A stretch of DNA of 64,000 nucleotides from Amoeboaphelidium protococcarum X5 (Eukaryota; Fungi; Aphelidiomycota). Shown in pieces: positions 39,268 through 51,906 of this stretch. The notes under the pieces are model-generated. The model made no database searches and was not told where the DNA came from. It worked only from the letters and a program-made list of their open reading frames with translations. Every line of letters begins with the position of its first letter. Within the stretch, counting starts at the first letter, position 1. The position numbers were made by a program, and so were the translations under genes. Where the stretch lies: positions 1 through 64,000 of the forward strand of contig JALDTO010000206.1 in the NCBI GenBank assembly GCA_023515725.1. Reading direction: 5' to 3'.

Positions 39268-41040
39268 TCATATACCTTTATCCTTTCCAACACGTACGGC
39301 ACTAGGGAAGAAGCTCTTGGCAATGCCCGGCAATCCATCTCCACCCAGTTCAATCTTCAACTTTGGCTCGGTGATACCCAAAATCGCCTTCTGCGGTAAT
39401 CCAAACACAGTCTCATCCTAGGCACGAAATTCACCACCATTACGGAAGAATTTTACAACATCGCGATAGTACTCGGCACCTGCACGCAACTTTCGGTTGA
39501 AAGAGCTCTTCTTACCGTCTTTAGTCAGGCCATTTCCCTCTGGGCCCAGATCAACCTCGTACAAACCAAATCTCTGACTATAACCGAATGCCCACTCGAA
39601 ATTGTCCATCAGCGTCCAGTAAAAGTAGCCGCGAATATCAACTCCTTCACGCATAGCCATAGACATTGCATAGATGTACCTCTTGATGAATAACTTTCTG
39701 CGAGAGTCATCGTGATCAGCAACACCATTCTCAGTCACGTAAATAGGGATATCATCTCTATCGGCATGTTTACACACTGCATTCCATGTTCTCTTCAACG
39801 CAACGTAGAATCCCTCAGCATAGATTGGATATTCCATATCAGTCATGATACCGGTCGAGGCATCTTGTGGGTGAGCTTCAGCTCTAATAGGATCATCCAG
39901 TCTGACGGAGACGAATGGGAACTTGGAAGTCAGACTAATCTCAGGCATGATAACACTCTTATAGAACATGTGACTGTAAAAGTTCAAACCAAAAAAGTCT
40001 AAAGTATGCGGAGCCTCTGGGATGTTCAGATAATGACGCTTGCCCAACACCGGGAACTGAAAGGACAACTTTCCATACTTGAAAAAAGCCAAAACCAAGT
40101 CATTCTACAGCAAGTCGGCAATGTAAGCAGCCATATAATCAATAGGATTCCATCTACGGTATGGATGAGTGTTGAAAACGTTATGTACAATACCAATCTG
40201 AATGTCGCTATCGTTTCTGATGGCCTTCAGTCTCTTGTACACCTCAGTGTGACCCTTCAACATGTTACACAGCACAGAAACAGCATCGTCAATCTGATTC
40301 CACAGCTGGCCCTTCTCATTCTTTCCAGGTGGGAATGATCCCTGAAGCCAGCCAACCATGGCAAAGACGGTGGGTTCATTAAAAGTACACCAAATCTTGA
40401 CACGATCGCTGTACTCTTCATAAACCTTCTCGGAGAAGCGGTAGAAATACTCCAGATTATCTTCGTTCTCCCAGCCACCAAGATCATCGAACCATATTGG
40501 CTGAGTGAAATGGTGCAAAGTAATGACAGGCGTAATACCTTCCTTCAACAAGAGATCAATCTCGTCCGAGTAATGCTTCAGCGCCTCCTTATCCCACTTG
40601 CCAGGTTGAGGCTCAATCTTGCTCCACTCAATACTGAAGCGGTAGGAGTTGAGAGCCAGATCTTTCATCAGACGCACATCCTCAGCAGTTCTATTCCAAT
40701 GATCTGCCCCATAGATGGCAGAGTGTCCTTTGAAAATGCGACCCTTCTTCTCCCATGCCCACCAGTTGTTATTAGTGCAGTTTCCTTCAATCTGGTGCGC
40801 AGCAGTGCTGGCACCCCAAAGAAAATTTGCCGGGAAATGAATATCCGTAGTGTCTATGCGCTGTCTGTTTGGATTCGCAGCATTGTCCCACTCCCATCTC
40901 AGAGGCTTTGGCACCACAAACGAGAACAGTCTCTGCAACAGCACAAAAGTCATGGTGAACGGCAGAGCCATTATAAGAAATACAAATCTTGCATACGGAA
41001 ACCAATACTTGGACTCTGAACCACTAGAATACCCAGCCAT
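39268..41040 (-). CDS. Glycoside hydrolase family 1 beta-glycosidase with N-terminal membrane anchor, 590 aa
   Basis: FPANFLWGASTAAHQIEG, YRFSIEWSKIEP, TFNEP (acid/base Glu), IYVTENG (nucleophile Glu) and DNFEWAFGYSQRFGL. Hydrophobic segment at residues ~14-43. Confidence 0.95.
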
Positions 41041-41592
41041 ATTTCTCCCTATATTTTGCTAATAATAATCAAGTGCTACCACTGATGATACTACTGACTG
41101 ACTATTAAAGAAGAGTAAAATGGAGGCGAATACTGTTATTCAAAGTTGTCAAAAGGAGGAAATTTTAGAGGCGAAGGAAAGGGAAAGCGCGCGAAACGAG
41201 ATTCAGAACGCGCCAAACTTGTCGAACGCGCTCTTTGAAACATTTCGAGTTGAAGTGGCGTTGTCGTGTGAAGTTTTTGAAACCAGTCAGTGGCGGCAAT
41301 ACACTCACTGATTAATCTAATCAATCTCGTAATTACGTATCGAATTATATTTTCATGTATTAAGTACATTATATTTTGAATCTGAATTGCTTAATTTAGA
41401 TATGTGTTGCTTAATATTACTTTTTAGAAAATGTCGATCCTATTTCTAGTGCCGTGTTTCCGATTCAGGTAGATTTGTATCTTGAAATATATTCATGCCG
41501 CAGTATATAAAGGGCTTCAGGTTTACTTTCACTCTCTTTTTCACTTCAAACAGTAATATCTTAGAAATTGAAATGCCTGAAACTGAATATAA

Positions 41593-42260
41593 ATGAAATA
41601 TCAACAGCTAATCTCTGCATTTGCATTGTTTACTGTGGCTTAGAGTAACAAGATAACAGTGGGCACTTTTGAATTTGACAATCCTTCAAAAGGTATTTAA
41701 GACGCCAAGGTACCTTTAGTTAGAGCTGGTAGCACGTATCAAATCAAATGGCGTACCATCCCAGAAGAGATGGGAAATCCTGCCCTGCTCCTATGCGTCC
41801 TCCTCAGCGTCTGCACCAGACGCATCCCTCGGTGTCATCGCCGTCCTTCTAGAGAAGGTTCGATAACTAGAATGGTAACTTTTTTAGCTATCATTCACCG
41901 CAAGTACGAGTCACTCCTACTCTGCCGCCAGTGAGGGAACGCGCGCTGGTGTATGCTCCTTTGTCTTCCTCTTCACTGGGTCGTGGTGCTGTGTCTGGCT
42001 CCTCAGTGTTCGTGCCTTCCCCATCAGCCTGCTCCCGCTACTGTTTGCAGCACTGTCAGCAGTAGCAATTCTAGTTAGAAGAGTGTACTTCTAAATGGGT
42101 CCTCTTCTAGCTAGAAGCAGGAGTGCAGCAACTGCGCCCTCTTGTCTAGCGAAATCCAGAAGCTTAAACTGGAGAATAGCAGACTACAGGGTAAGGTTGA
42201 AATGCTTAGGGATTTTGACAAGGCCCAGGTAGACTATATTGAATTTTTACTGAACAAATA
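41593..42260 (+). pseudogene. Possible chimeric/frameshifted gene remnant: signal-peptide ORF joined to a CxxC-coiled-coil fragment
   Basis: MKYQQLISAFALFTVAQS...VPLVRAGSTYQIKW becomes nonsense-like and stops at TGA 41932-41934. Further on, a Pro/Ser-rich segment and ECSNCALLSSEIQKLKLENSRLQGKVEMLR appear, separated by frame changes. Confidence 0.35.
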
Positions 42261-42507
42261 AACTTTATATGAGAGATTAACAGACTGTTGGGTGAGATTA
42301 ATGCGTTAGAGTTCAAATGGGTAGTTCAGCCGTCGATTATCGAAAGAATATGTAAGTAAAAGTGATACATTGTATAATAATACGATTCTATATAAGCATT
42401 ACCTTCTATTATCAAGTATATATAAGTAGAACATAAATAGTCACACAAACATCTTTATTTTCCCCCCTCTGCATTTTCCCCTTGACCAAAGCTAGATAAC
42501 AATTCGT

Positions 42508-43797
42508 ATGGCTTATATATCGATTCCCCAAATCTAATTACCTTTATCTTCTCTAATACTCATACAAAAATTGTCATCTAAATAATATCTGAATCGAGAT
42601 GCCTTTCTAAACTCAAGGGGACCAAGGACTAGAGGGACTTGGACTGCAGAGGAAACAGGACTGTTGAGGCGCGGTTTGCTTAGGTATGGTCCGTCTAAAT
42701 GGGCTATCATTCTAAAAGATCCAAAATTTGAAGGCCTTGTAAGAGCTGGCAAAAATCCTTGTCAATTGAAGGATAGATGTAGGAGCGTGGTATAACGTCT
42801 GATAAAGAACGGTGTTAGCCGTGATGGACCAGCGCCTTGTATTCTTGGTACACCTTTAGGATCTGGCAGTGATTACAGATTTGATTAGTAGGATCTCGAG
42901 GATGTATTACGATTCAGAGACCAAGCTATTGGAGGATTTCAAGGTCCTCAAAGAGGCAGAAGTGGCAGCCAATGGGACAATGCCATGATGGATGCCGTGA
43001 TGGGATAGCCGTCTAACGCTGGTAGGAGAAATCCATCCCCGGTGGTTGGTAGGCAGTAATAGCGATCGTAGAGACATTGGCCTTATCAGAGCGAATTTTA
43101 ATATGTAAATCCATCCCACTTTGGTAAAGGCAGTTCATCAAGTCTGAAATCTAGTGGAGAAGGCACGCAAAGAAGATACCGCAATACGGAGGTGGTGTGT
43201 TCGCAGCTTTCTGCAGACCATTCAGCACGTCGCGACAGTTAGGGGCGGTAGGATACGTCTGCTTCAACTTCTAAATTCCAATGGTCGGCAAGGGGTTCCT
43301 AACAGAGGAGTAGTCAGCATCGTAACATGGAGATTCCGGAGTTCTATTCAAGTAGTCAGCTATCTTCAAGCAGGGTTAGGTAACAGTTCACTGATAGCGA
43401 AGATGAAACACGCGATCTGACGGATGAAGAATATTACACAGAGGAGGGTGATAGGGAGGAAACGGAGGAATCATCAGCAGCCAATGTAGAGTTGCTGGAA
43501 AAACACTCGGAGATGTATGATATATTTGCAAATCTGTCTTCTACTCCTACCAGCATCCAACACTCTTCATCTAACCAACCTCCTGCCAACTCCGCAGCGA
43601 CTGATGGCTCAGAGGAAATCAGAAGGCGCGTCAAGTTGTTAGATCAACTCAACTGTCGGCACTGTACGGCAAATGAGGACCTACTGCAACAGAGCAGACG
43701 AAGGGAGCAACGTTTGCTTGGTGAGAATGAGGTTCTAAGAAATGAGCTGTAGGCTACGAGAGAGTTGCTTGAAAGAATTTATGAATTTAAAAAATGA
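42508..43797 (+). CDS. Telobox-type single Myb domain protein with C-terminal CxxC-coiled coil, ~429 aa (start uncertain)
   Basis: RTRGTWTAEETGLLRRGLLRYGPSKWAIILKDPKF...CQLKDRCR resembles the TRF/SMH telobox Myb. The frame is open to LNCRHC...LLERIYEFKK-TGA. Confidence 0.75.
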
Positions 43798-44040
43798 GAG
43801 GTTTTAAAGATGACTTTATAAGATTTCATCCAAGATTGGCCGCGTCAAGTTCAAACAGCTACTAGAACACAAATTTGAATAGTTTTGGCACCATGTGTGA
43901 TCTAAATAACTACAACTGAAAACATCACGTCCGCTCAATTATTGCATTAACGAATCATCTAACATGCATTCATCATTATAATCATCACTCAGTAAAGTCA
44001 CTCAATGGCAAATCTATACGCAATTACCCAGCGGGAAATC

Positions 44041-46980
44041 TCATGCATCATGGACGTGGAAGCAGTTGGCACAACTATGCTCTTTGAAGGGATTGCGAGC
44101 AAAAGCTGTACAATTACAGTACTAGCACTTGCTCTTATTCTCCACCCGCTTGGTCTCCTTCTTCACATCATACTTGGAGATTTTCACGCCTGGTATTTTC
44201 TCCAACTCTCGCTTTGTCAATGGCACCAGTGGCTAATGAATCTGAGAGTTCTTCTGATGAAAGGCATTCAAATTCACAGGTGCCTGACTATTGTCAATTG
44301 GATCCTTCTACTTGTAGCCAATAATCTCAACTAGGGACGCTTACTCTGGTTTAGCACCAACCACAGGCTTTACTGGTATTTACGGCACACTATGCTATGA
44401 TAACACGGCTGGTTTCTAGAATGCCATAGCTGGATTATCAACAACAGGCTTATATGGCCCCTCAGCATACATGTCCGTATTCTTTGTATTATAAGAACCA
44501 GATTAAGGCGAGCTATATTACTGCTACTACTACTATTGTTATTACTATACAAACTGTTGCGCATACATCTACTGCTACTAGCCACCATACACGGGTCTCT
44601 ATTAAAACTGCTACTGAGTCTAGTACTTGAGAGGCTACTATTGTAATTAAGGAGACAACTATTACTAAGGCACGTGTCCAGTCATCTACTGGCGAAGAGA
44701 CATCTAGCCAGGTTGTTATTACAAAGCCATGTTGCCATAATCATTAAGAGCACTACCGGAGACGGCCTTCTTGATCACATTAGAATGCTGCTATTAGTCA
44801 TTGAATGAAGCAGCATACGGATTAACATGATGCGAAGATGAAGAGCTTCTCGCAGACTAAGATGGAGTCTGTTGTTGTTGTTGTTATTGAGAAGAGTCCA
44901 CACTCTCCAAGTACAGTTTGCGACTCTTGGCACTGCGAATACTGAGTACCCAATCTTTCATTTTATCCAGGGAATCCACACACAGATAGTAGCAATACTA
45001 AAACGGGTTCTCATAAACGGCTGCATTCTCTTAGGACTTCATTGCAAAGCAAAACTTGGTGGGTGCCTTCTTCTTGACTCGCATAAGAGTATACACATCA
45101 TAGACGTCCAGGTGGCAAAGCAGAGTCTCCTCACTGCCCCTGGAGTCTTTCGCGTAGTAGAGACCATCATTCTTCAGCTCCAGATAACGCTTCTACCACT
45201 TATCCTTCTTCAGTTCAACGTATGCCCAACCACACATCTTTGGATAAGATTTCTTGGCTCCTCTCGCGGTCAGTGAATCTTTGTACCTATACTTCTTGAG
45301 GAGAAGACTATTTGGAGACTCTTTTCCCCAAGTGGTCATAACGTCGGTAACAATCTCAAAATCTCTCAATGGCCTCTCCAGTCCATACTCGTTGATAATC
45401 TCAAATAGCGTCCACTCGGAAGTATCTTCAAGCAAACTGCGCTCTTTCAGATCCCTCACGATATGCTTCGCACTCTAAAGCGAAGTGATCACCAGAGTCT
45501 TGAAAGTTTACGCGTTCTCAATGTAGATACGGGCAGTAATTTTCTTCACTTTAGCCTTGGTCAACTTCATCATGGCATTTTTAACTTTATCTTCGTGTCT
45601 CTATTAATTTAAATTCTCTCGAGATCTCTACGGCTGATACACTAAATGCTCCTCAGCAGGACTCTCATAATTTCCAGGTGCACTTAACTGTGGCTTTAAA
45701 GGCATCTTTGTACTAGCATTCATTCTATTGAAACTAGTAGCACGCTACAACTAATCACTTTACGGCTGATCACTAATGTAATCAGCCTCTAGATACTCAG
45801 TTTCTGATGATTACGGAACTTCCTATTACAACTTACTTTGACCAATTTTACGACCTTTCTTATGATCAAAAATCTAATCTAAATCTCCCAATAAAGAGTC
45901 CAAATTCTAGAAATCACTAAGAGATACTTCTTCAAATTTCAAAGCGACCGACATTCTCTTGCTCTATTCTTTAAGCTGACGCTCCTCTTCCAAGTCATCA
46001 TCAGTGCCTGGGCCATTGGACAGATCAACTTCCTCAGGTCCCTCTAAACTGGACTGTGAGTTTACAGAATTTATGGATGGCTGTGATTACGACTTGGTCA
46101 TCCCTTTAAGTGGTTTAGGCTGTAATTGCGGGAGCTTGTCATAATACTGATCCACCTGCTTATCTGCTAACATCTCTTTAGATTTACTAGACTTCATGTT
46201 ATTGTTAATCTTCTAATACAGCATCTACCTAGGATCTGCACCATCGCTATCATACTTGAGTTACTACAAACTCTTACTCTTGGGCTAAATATTTTAAGCA
46301 TCTCCATTTTCTGACCTTGAATACTGCTACCCGGGCTACGATTACTACTACTACTAATGCCGCTATGACATAGACATAGGATTGAGAGAATCGACACTCA
46401 AGTTCTAAGCTTTCGAGATTGGAGGTGGAGGAACAGGTGCTACATCGAACATTATTGTGGCAGAGGCGTCCTGCTCCGGCTTAAAATTTCTAACTGTCTG
46501 TGGCGGTGGTCGCTTCAATGGTTACACTCCAGCGAAAGAAGACTGACCACCTCCATTCACCACATAATTAGGAGTACTAAGATTAGGTTAACTCTTATTA
46601 GGCTTATTTAGAGAAACAGGAGGAGGTGATGCCTACTGCTACTATTAATTCTTATTCTAATGCTGATGATGATTATTGCCACCATTTGGAGTCTTCATAT
46701 TCTTATTACCAGGACCATTGCTGACAGCAGCATTACTCTGAGGTAAAGGAGGACTCGTCATGTTTCCATACATTCCAATGATATTGTTCGTCTCCGGACT
46801 CTCTGGTGAAGGCGTAAGCTACATGTAGTGATAATTTATAAAATAATTAATATGATGTTTATCATAAATTTAATATTGCTAGATGCTTACAGTATTGTAT
46901 TTGGATGACATTTTCTGCAACTTATTCAACATGTCATCCAGCTCATTGAGAGCCGAATTCTAATTCCCGTTATTACTCAT
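44041..46980 (-). CDS. MRL-family-like (RIAM/lamellipodin/MIG-10) coiled coil-RA-PH adaptor, ~955 aa; intron 46819-46890
   Basis: HEDKVKNAMMKLTKAKVKKITARIYIEN, then RA (WTLFEIINEYGLERPLRDFE) and PH (GWAYVELKKDKWQKRYLEL...APTKFCFAMK...KDWVLSIRSAK). LD-like motifs and Pro/Gln-rich linkers are present. Confidence 0.85.
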
Positions 46981-47204
46981 TCCAAGTATACGTTCTATCT
47001 TGAAAGTATGGACAATTTGAGATGGGTAGTCTAAACAAAATAGAGCCAAATAAGTAAGAAATATTGTGATGGATGAGTTGATATGATAGACTGAAAGTAA
47101 GTAAATAGGAAGAGAGAATTGAAACAATCGATGAGCGGCAAGATTTTAAAAATAGCCCATTTCTGTAGGCGTGATATTACTTTCGACAATTTTATACTCA
47201 AAAC

Positions 47205-48299
47205 TCATGTGGCTTTCTTGGCATAATTAATAAAGCCAATGCCTACGCAGCTCATCAGGATCGTATCTGAGGATTTATCACGCACAATTTTGAACTGGAC
47301 GCCGGTAAGTTCCTTGAGGTCGCGCAGGAAAGCAATAGTGAACTTTGTTAGTTCCGATCCAACTCTAATCTTACTAACATCTTCAGGACCGAACGCCATA
47401 AGCAAAAGATTAAGCCACTAACTTTTAGAGTCTACACATCCACCTCGAGATATCTCATTGTACAACAGTTTCGCAGCCCGCAGACCAACATTTTCGGGAG
47501 TCTAGCCGGCCAGTGCCATATTCTCTGCGCAGGTAAGTGCACCACTAGTAGACTCTGCCACAAGAGATAGACCATATCCGGCAGACTTTCCAGACTCTAC
47601 TCCTTTATACACGTCCGAGTAAATGTAAACGTCCGGGATGAATTTGTTCAACAGTACACGCGACGATTCAACCATTCGATTGGAGTTTTGTGGTGATACT
47701 CTAGCGGCATAAGCTACTCCTCTTATCTTTCTAATTCTGCCTTCATCAGTGAACTGAATAGATTTAAGAGTGCGCGTATTAGCACATTTAAACTGGACAT
47801 GTCCACCACCGTTTGGACGCGCGCCACGTCTCTTTATCTACAACTCAATGGTACCCTCAAGGCCATATCGCGTGAGTTGAGGCAATAGAACAGTCCTGAT
47901 AAGATCTACGGTAATGCATTATTCATCATTTGTGATACCATAAAATTAAATGTTGATAGGATTCTTGGTAAACGGCGCCAGTGCTAACATAGGCTCCAAA
48001 TAGTAACCAATCGACTTGTCCAATTCACAATCAAATTCCAATCTGCCACCCATAAGAGCACCCGGCTTATAACTGATGCTAGTACCAGTGTAACTAATAT
48101 CAAATACAGATCCATTGGTGAGAGCCTCCAACAGTTTCATAAATCGAATCTCTGCCGCATATAGGCCGACTTGACCAGTAGAATCTCCATCAGGCCTGAT
48201 GTCCTCTATCACGACGCTGTTGCCCGTCAGAGTCGCCAACACCAGTCGATATCTAAACAGTTCATGTCCACTCAATTTCACCACACTACGCGTCACCAT
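47205..48299 (-). CDS. RCL1: RNA 3'-terminal phosphate cyclase-like protein Rcl1, 364 aa
   Basis: FRYRLVLATLTG, LEALTNGSVFDISYTGT, SIGYYLEP, RGARPNGGG and MSCVGIGFINYAKKAT-TGA. Confidence 0.94.
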
Positions 48300-48424
48300 A
48301 CTGTTATATATAATAATGAGTTATAAAATTCTAAATTATATAGAATCAATCTGAAGGATGATAAAGAAATGAAAACAGTGAAAATGAAAAAATCAACTAA
48401 AGGGAACGTCAAACTATTCAATTA

Positions 48425-48943
48425 TCACCTCCTGGTGTCATTTTTAAAATTTTTATCCTTTACATAGTCATAATCCCAGACTTTATCAGCTGGTGTATCA
48501 GTTAAAATACGTCTCTACATTGGTATGTACTATCCCTTTTCTTTAATCATGGCGCGTTTAAACAGTTCTGGTGCGCATCTCTCCAACTCTAAGCACGCAG
48601 CCTTCATCATTTCATGTTACTTTTGAATTTAATAGCTCTTTTATTCATAGATAACACGTTGGTATTCCTTAAAAACTTTCTCTGCTTATTCATTTAATAA
48701 AGGCTAACTTTAGCCATCTGCAGAAATACTACTCTAAACATTCGAATTAGGATTATCCTGGACACCATATCGAGGGAACACGACATCCTGTAAAGATTCC
48801 GAAGTAGAAGAGCTGATCACATTCTTCTTTGATTTATCATCCCTTCCACTCTTTACAGTCTTAAATCTGTTGAAGCATAAAATACTTATATCAGATTATT
48901 TAACTGCCTGGGAGTTTATCTTTGAAATCAATAAACGCGTCAT
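48425..48943 (-). CDS. Mitochondrial ribosomal protein mL40-like, 172 aa (absent from ORF track)
   Basis: C-terminal QHEMMKAACLELERCAPELFKRAM...IPMQRRILTDTPADKVWDYDY matches the fungal mL40 (MrpL28) pattern. N-terminus is presequence-like. Confidence 0.75.
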
Positions 48944-48998
48944 CGTTATTGCAGTTCTTAATTAGTCACCGTCACAAAGTTTCTTCGTCGATATCAAA

Positions 48999-49018
48999 GA
49001 GAGAGAGAGAGAGAGAGA
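48999..49018. repeat. (GA)10 microsatellite in the mL40/Lon divergent intergenic region
   Basis: Directly visible. Confidence 0.9.
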
Positions 49019-49213
49019 AACGCGCTTTAAAGACCAATAGAACGACGCTGAAGGCCTGAAGAGAAAGAAAGACAAAGACTAAGAGCGGGGGAGAACGTGA
49101 GAGAGACGGAGAGAGAGAGAGCTAAACGAACATGAAGAGGGATCTTTTTCTTTCGCGGCGACTTCAACGCAGACTCTCTGAAATTATAGCTAGTGCCTTT
49201 ACTAAGCGATATA

Positions 49214-51906
49214 ATGATTAGAAATATGAGTGGTAGATTTGCATTTCTGTCACGTCTTTTGATCAGTTAGAGAAGATTATACAGTTCAACGGTATGACTA
49301 ATATGGTAGTTTTTAGTATCTCCTATATCATTATATAGTTGATGTAGGAATTGTAAAAGGCTACTGTACCTGAGCTTTATCCTAATATGCTTCTGGTGCC
49401 CATCACTATGAAACCTCTGTTCCCGTAAATGACAAAGAGTGTCTAGATATCTGATCCGGCGGTTAAGCTGAGTATTAATCGGCTAATGAAGTCCAATTAG
49501 CCGTATATTGGATGTTTCCTCACTAAAGATGACGACTTTCCGGATGATGTCATTAGGTCAAAGGATCAGGTCCACTCTATGGGAACGTTTACCTAAATAT
49601 TGAGGACAGAGAAGATGTAGAATGGAGATTTAAATTTAATTGTTCTACCTCAGCGACGGGTCAGAATTACCGAATCACTATATCCATCGCCTGGTGGAAG
49701 GGGAAGCATAACTGATTCTACATCGGCGCCCGCTGGTGCAGCTAGTCATTAAATGTCTGGCGAAGAGGGATTAAAGCAGTAGTAGTTATCATCATATGAT
49801 GTTATGCAAGATGAGGCTGTTAGTCGTGTGGTTGTCAGCAATGTCTATGATGAGCCATACAGCAAGAATCCTCTTATTAAGGCTCTCACTACCGAGATTT
49901 TGTCTTGCATCAAAGATTTGATTCGTTTTAATCCTCAGGTACGCGAATAGGTGACAATGTTGAGTTTATCCAGCAGGACAAGTATTATGGATGATCCTGC
50001 TCTGCTAGCCGACTTTTCGGCATCCATCAGTCAGTTTGCCGGTGCTGAAGAACTACAGTAAGTATTAGAGTCAATGGTGATAGAGGAACGTTTGTAAAAG
50101 GTTTTAGTTATCCTGAAGAAGGAACTGTCCAATGCCAAGCTATAAGAACAGATTGATCGCGAAGTTGAGGAGAAAATGAACAAGGCTAGGAAGGAGTATT
50201 ATTTGATGGAGCACATGAAGGGGATATAGAAGGAGCTGGGTATAGACAGCGATGGTAAAGATAAACTTGTGCTAAAGTTCAAAGACTTGCGATCCAAGTT
50301 ATAAATGCCAGAAGAAGTGTCGCTGGTATTTGATGAAGAGCTGAACAAGTTTATGAATTTAGATTCCAGCTCAATGGAATTTAATGTCAGTCGCAACTAT
50401 TTGGACTGGCTTACTTCTCTCCCGTGGGGTAAATAGTCTGTGGATAGCCTCGACATTGAGCGTACCCGATAGATTTTGGATCATGATCACTATGGAATGA
50501 AGGATGTGAAGGAGCGTATTTTGGAGTTTGTCGCGGTGAGTAAATTGAACAGTAAAGCGGCTTAAGGTAAGATTCTGTGTTTGTCTGGTCCGCCAGGAGT
50601 TGGTAAGACTTCTATTGGTAAAAGTATTGCCAAGGCGCTGAATAGAGAATTCTATAGATTCAGCGTCGGTGGTCTGGGTGATGTCAGTGAAATTAAAGGC
50701 CATAGGCGAACGTACGTTGGCGCATTGCCTGGCAAGATTGTTCAAGCTCTAAAGAAGGTATAGACTGAGAATCCTTTGATTCTTATAGATGAGGTGGATA
50801 AGATTGGTCGGAGTAGTTTCCGTGGTGACCCTTCGAGTGCCTTATTGGAAGTTCTGGATCCTGAGTAGAATTCCTCGTTTATGGATCATTATCTTGACGT
50901 TCCGCTTGACTTGTCCAAGGCTCTTTTTATGTGTACCGCTAACGTTTTGGATACTATTCCAGGACCGCTTTTAGACAGAATGGAAGTTATCGAACTGTCT
51001 GGATACGTGACTGAAGAAAAGGTTGCCATTGCGAATTAATATTTGATGGACAGTGCTCGCAAAAATGCAGGATTAACCAAAGATCAAGTCGAGGTGACTC
51101 CAGAAAGCTTGGTGCGCTTAATCAATGAATATTGTCGAGAGAGTGGTGTCCGTAATTTAAAAAAGTAGATTGAAAAGATTTATAGAAAAGCCGCATTTAA
51201 AGTTGTGCAGAAGTAGGAAGAGAATGATTCGGATGCCAGCAAGGGCCATGCATTAGTTGTCACTGATTAGAATTTACCCGATTTCGTTGGTGTTCCCATT
51301 TACAGTCAGGAAATGATGTATGATAGTCCACCGGCTGGTGTTGTCAGAGGTCTTGCTTGGACTGGTCAAGGTGGGGCAACTTTGTACGTTGAATGCATCA
51401 GCAAAGATCTGCATAACAAGACTGGACGCGCCAGCATTGTGCCCACTGGTCAGCTGGGAGATGTCATGAAAGAGTCCACAGACATTGCTTACACTTACGC
51501 TTAGTAATATCTCCGCCACTTACAGCCTGAAAGTAACTTCTTCCAGTAGAACTCTATCCATCTACATGTTCCTCATGGAGCCATTAAGAAAGATGGCCCT
51601 AGTGCTGGCGTGACAATGTGCACTGCATTGCTTTCGCTGGCATTGAATCAGCCGGTTCCAGCAGACGTTGCAATGACTGGAGAGCTTACACTGAGTGGGA
51701 AAGTGTTGAGGATTGGCGGAGTTAAAGAGAAGATTATCGCAGCTAAAAGATCTGGTGCCAGAAGGATAATGTTCCCCAAGGCCAATGAAGGTGATTATGA
51801 AGATCTTGAAGATTTCATCAAAGATGGCATTGAGGCCCACTTTGTATCCAGTTTCGATGAGTTGGCCCGGATTGTTTTCAGTACTTCCAACACCTCAAGT
51901 CATTGA
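49214..51906 (+). CDS. PIM1: Mitochondrial Lon protease, ~878 aa; intron 49292-49347
   Basis: Presequence-like exon 1, Walker [41 protein letters not shown] (Q=TAG), catalytic KDGPSAG and IGGVKEK. No PTS1. Confidence 0.95.

Noticed and set aside
40510-41019. Long antisense ORFs in the track (also 53709-54230, 59795-60358, 13150-13581, 19185-19712)
   Set aside because: They are shadows of well-supported genes on the opposite strand and show no independent motifs.
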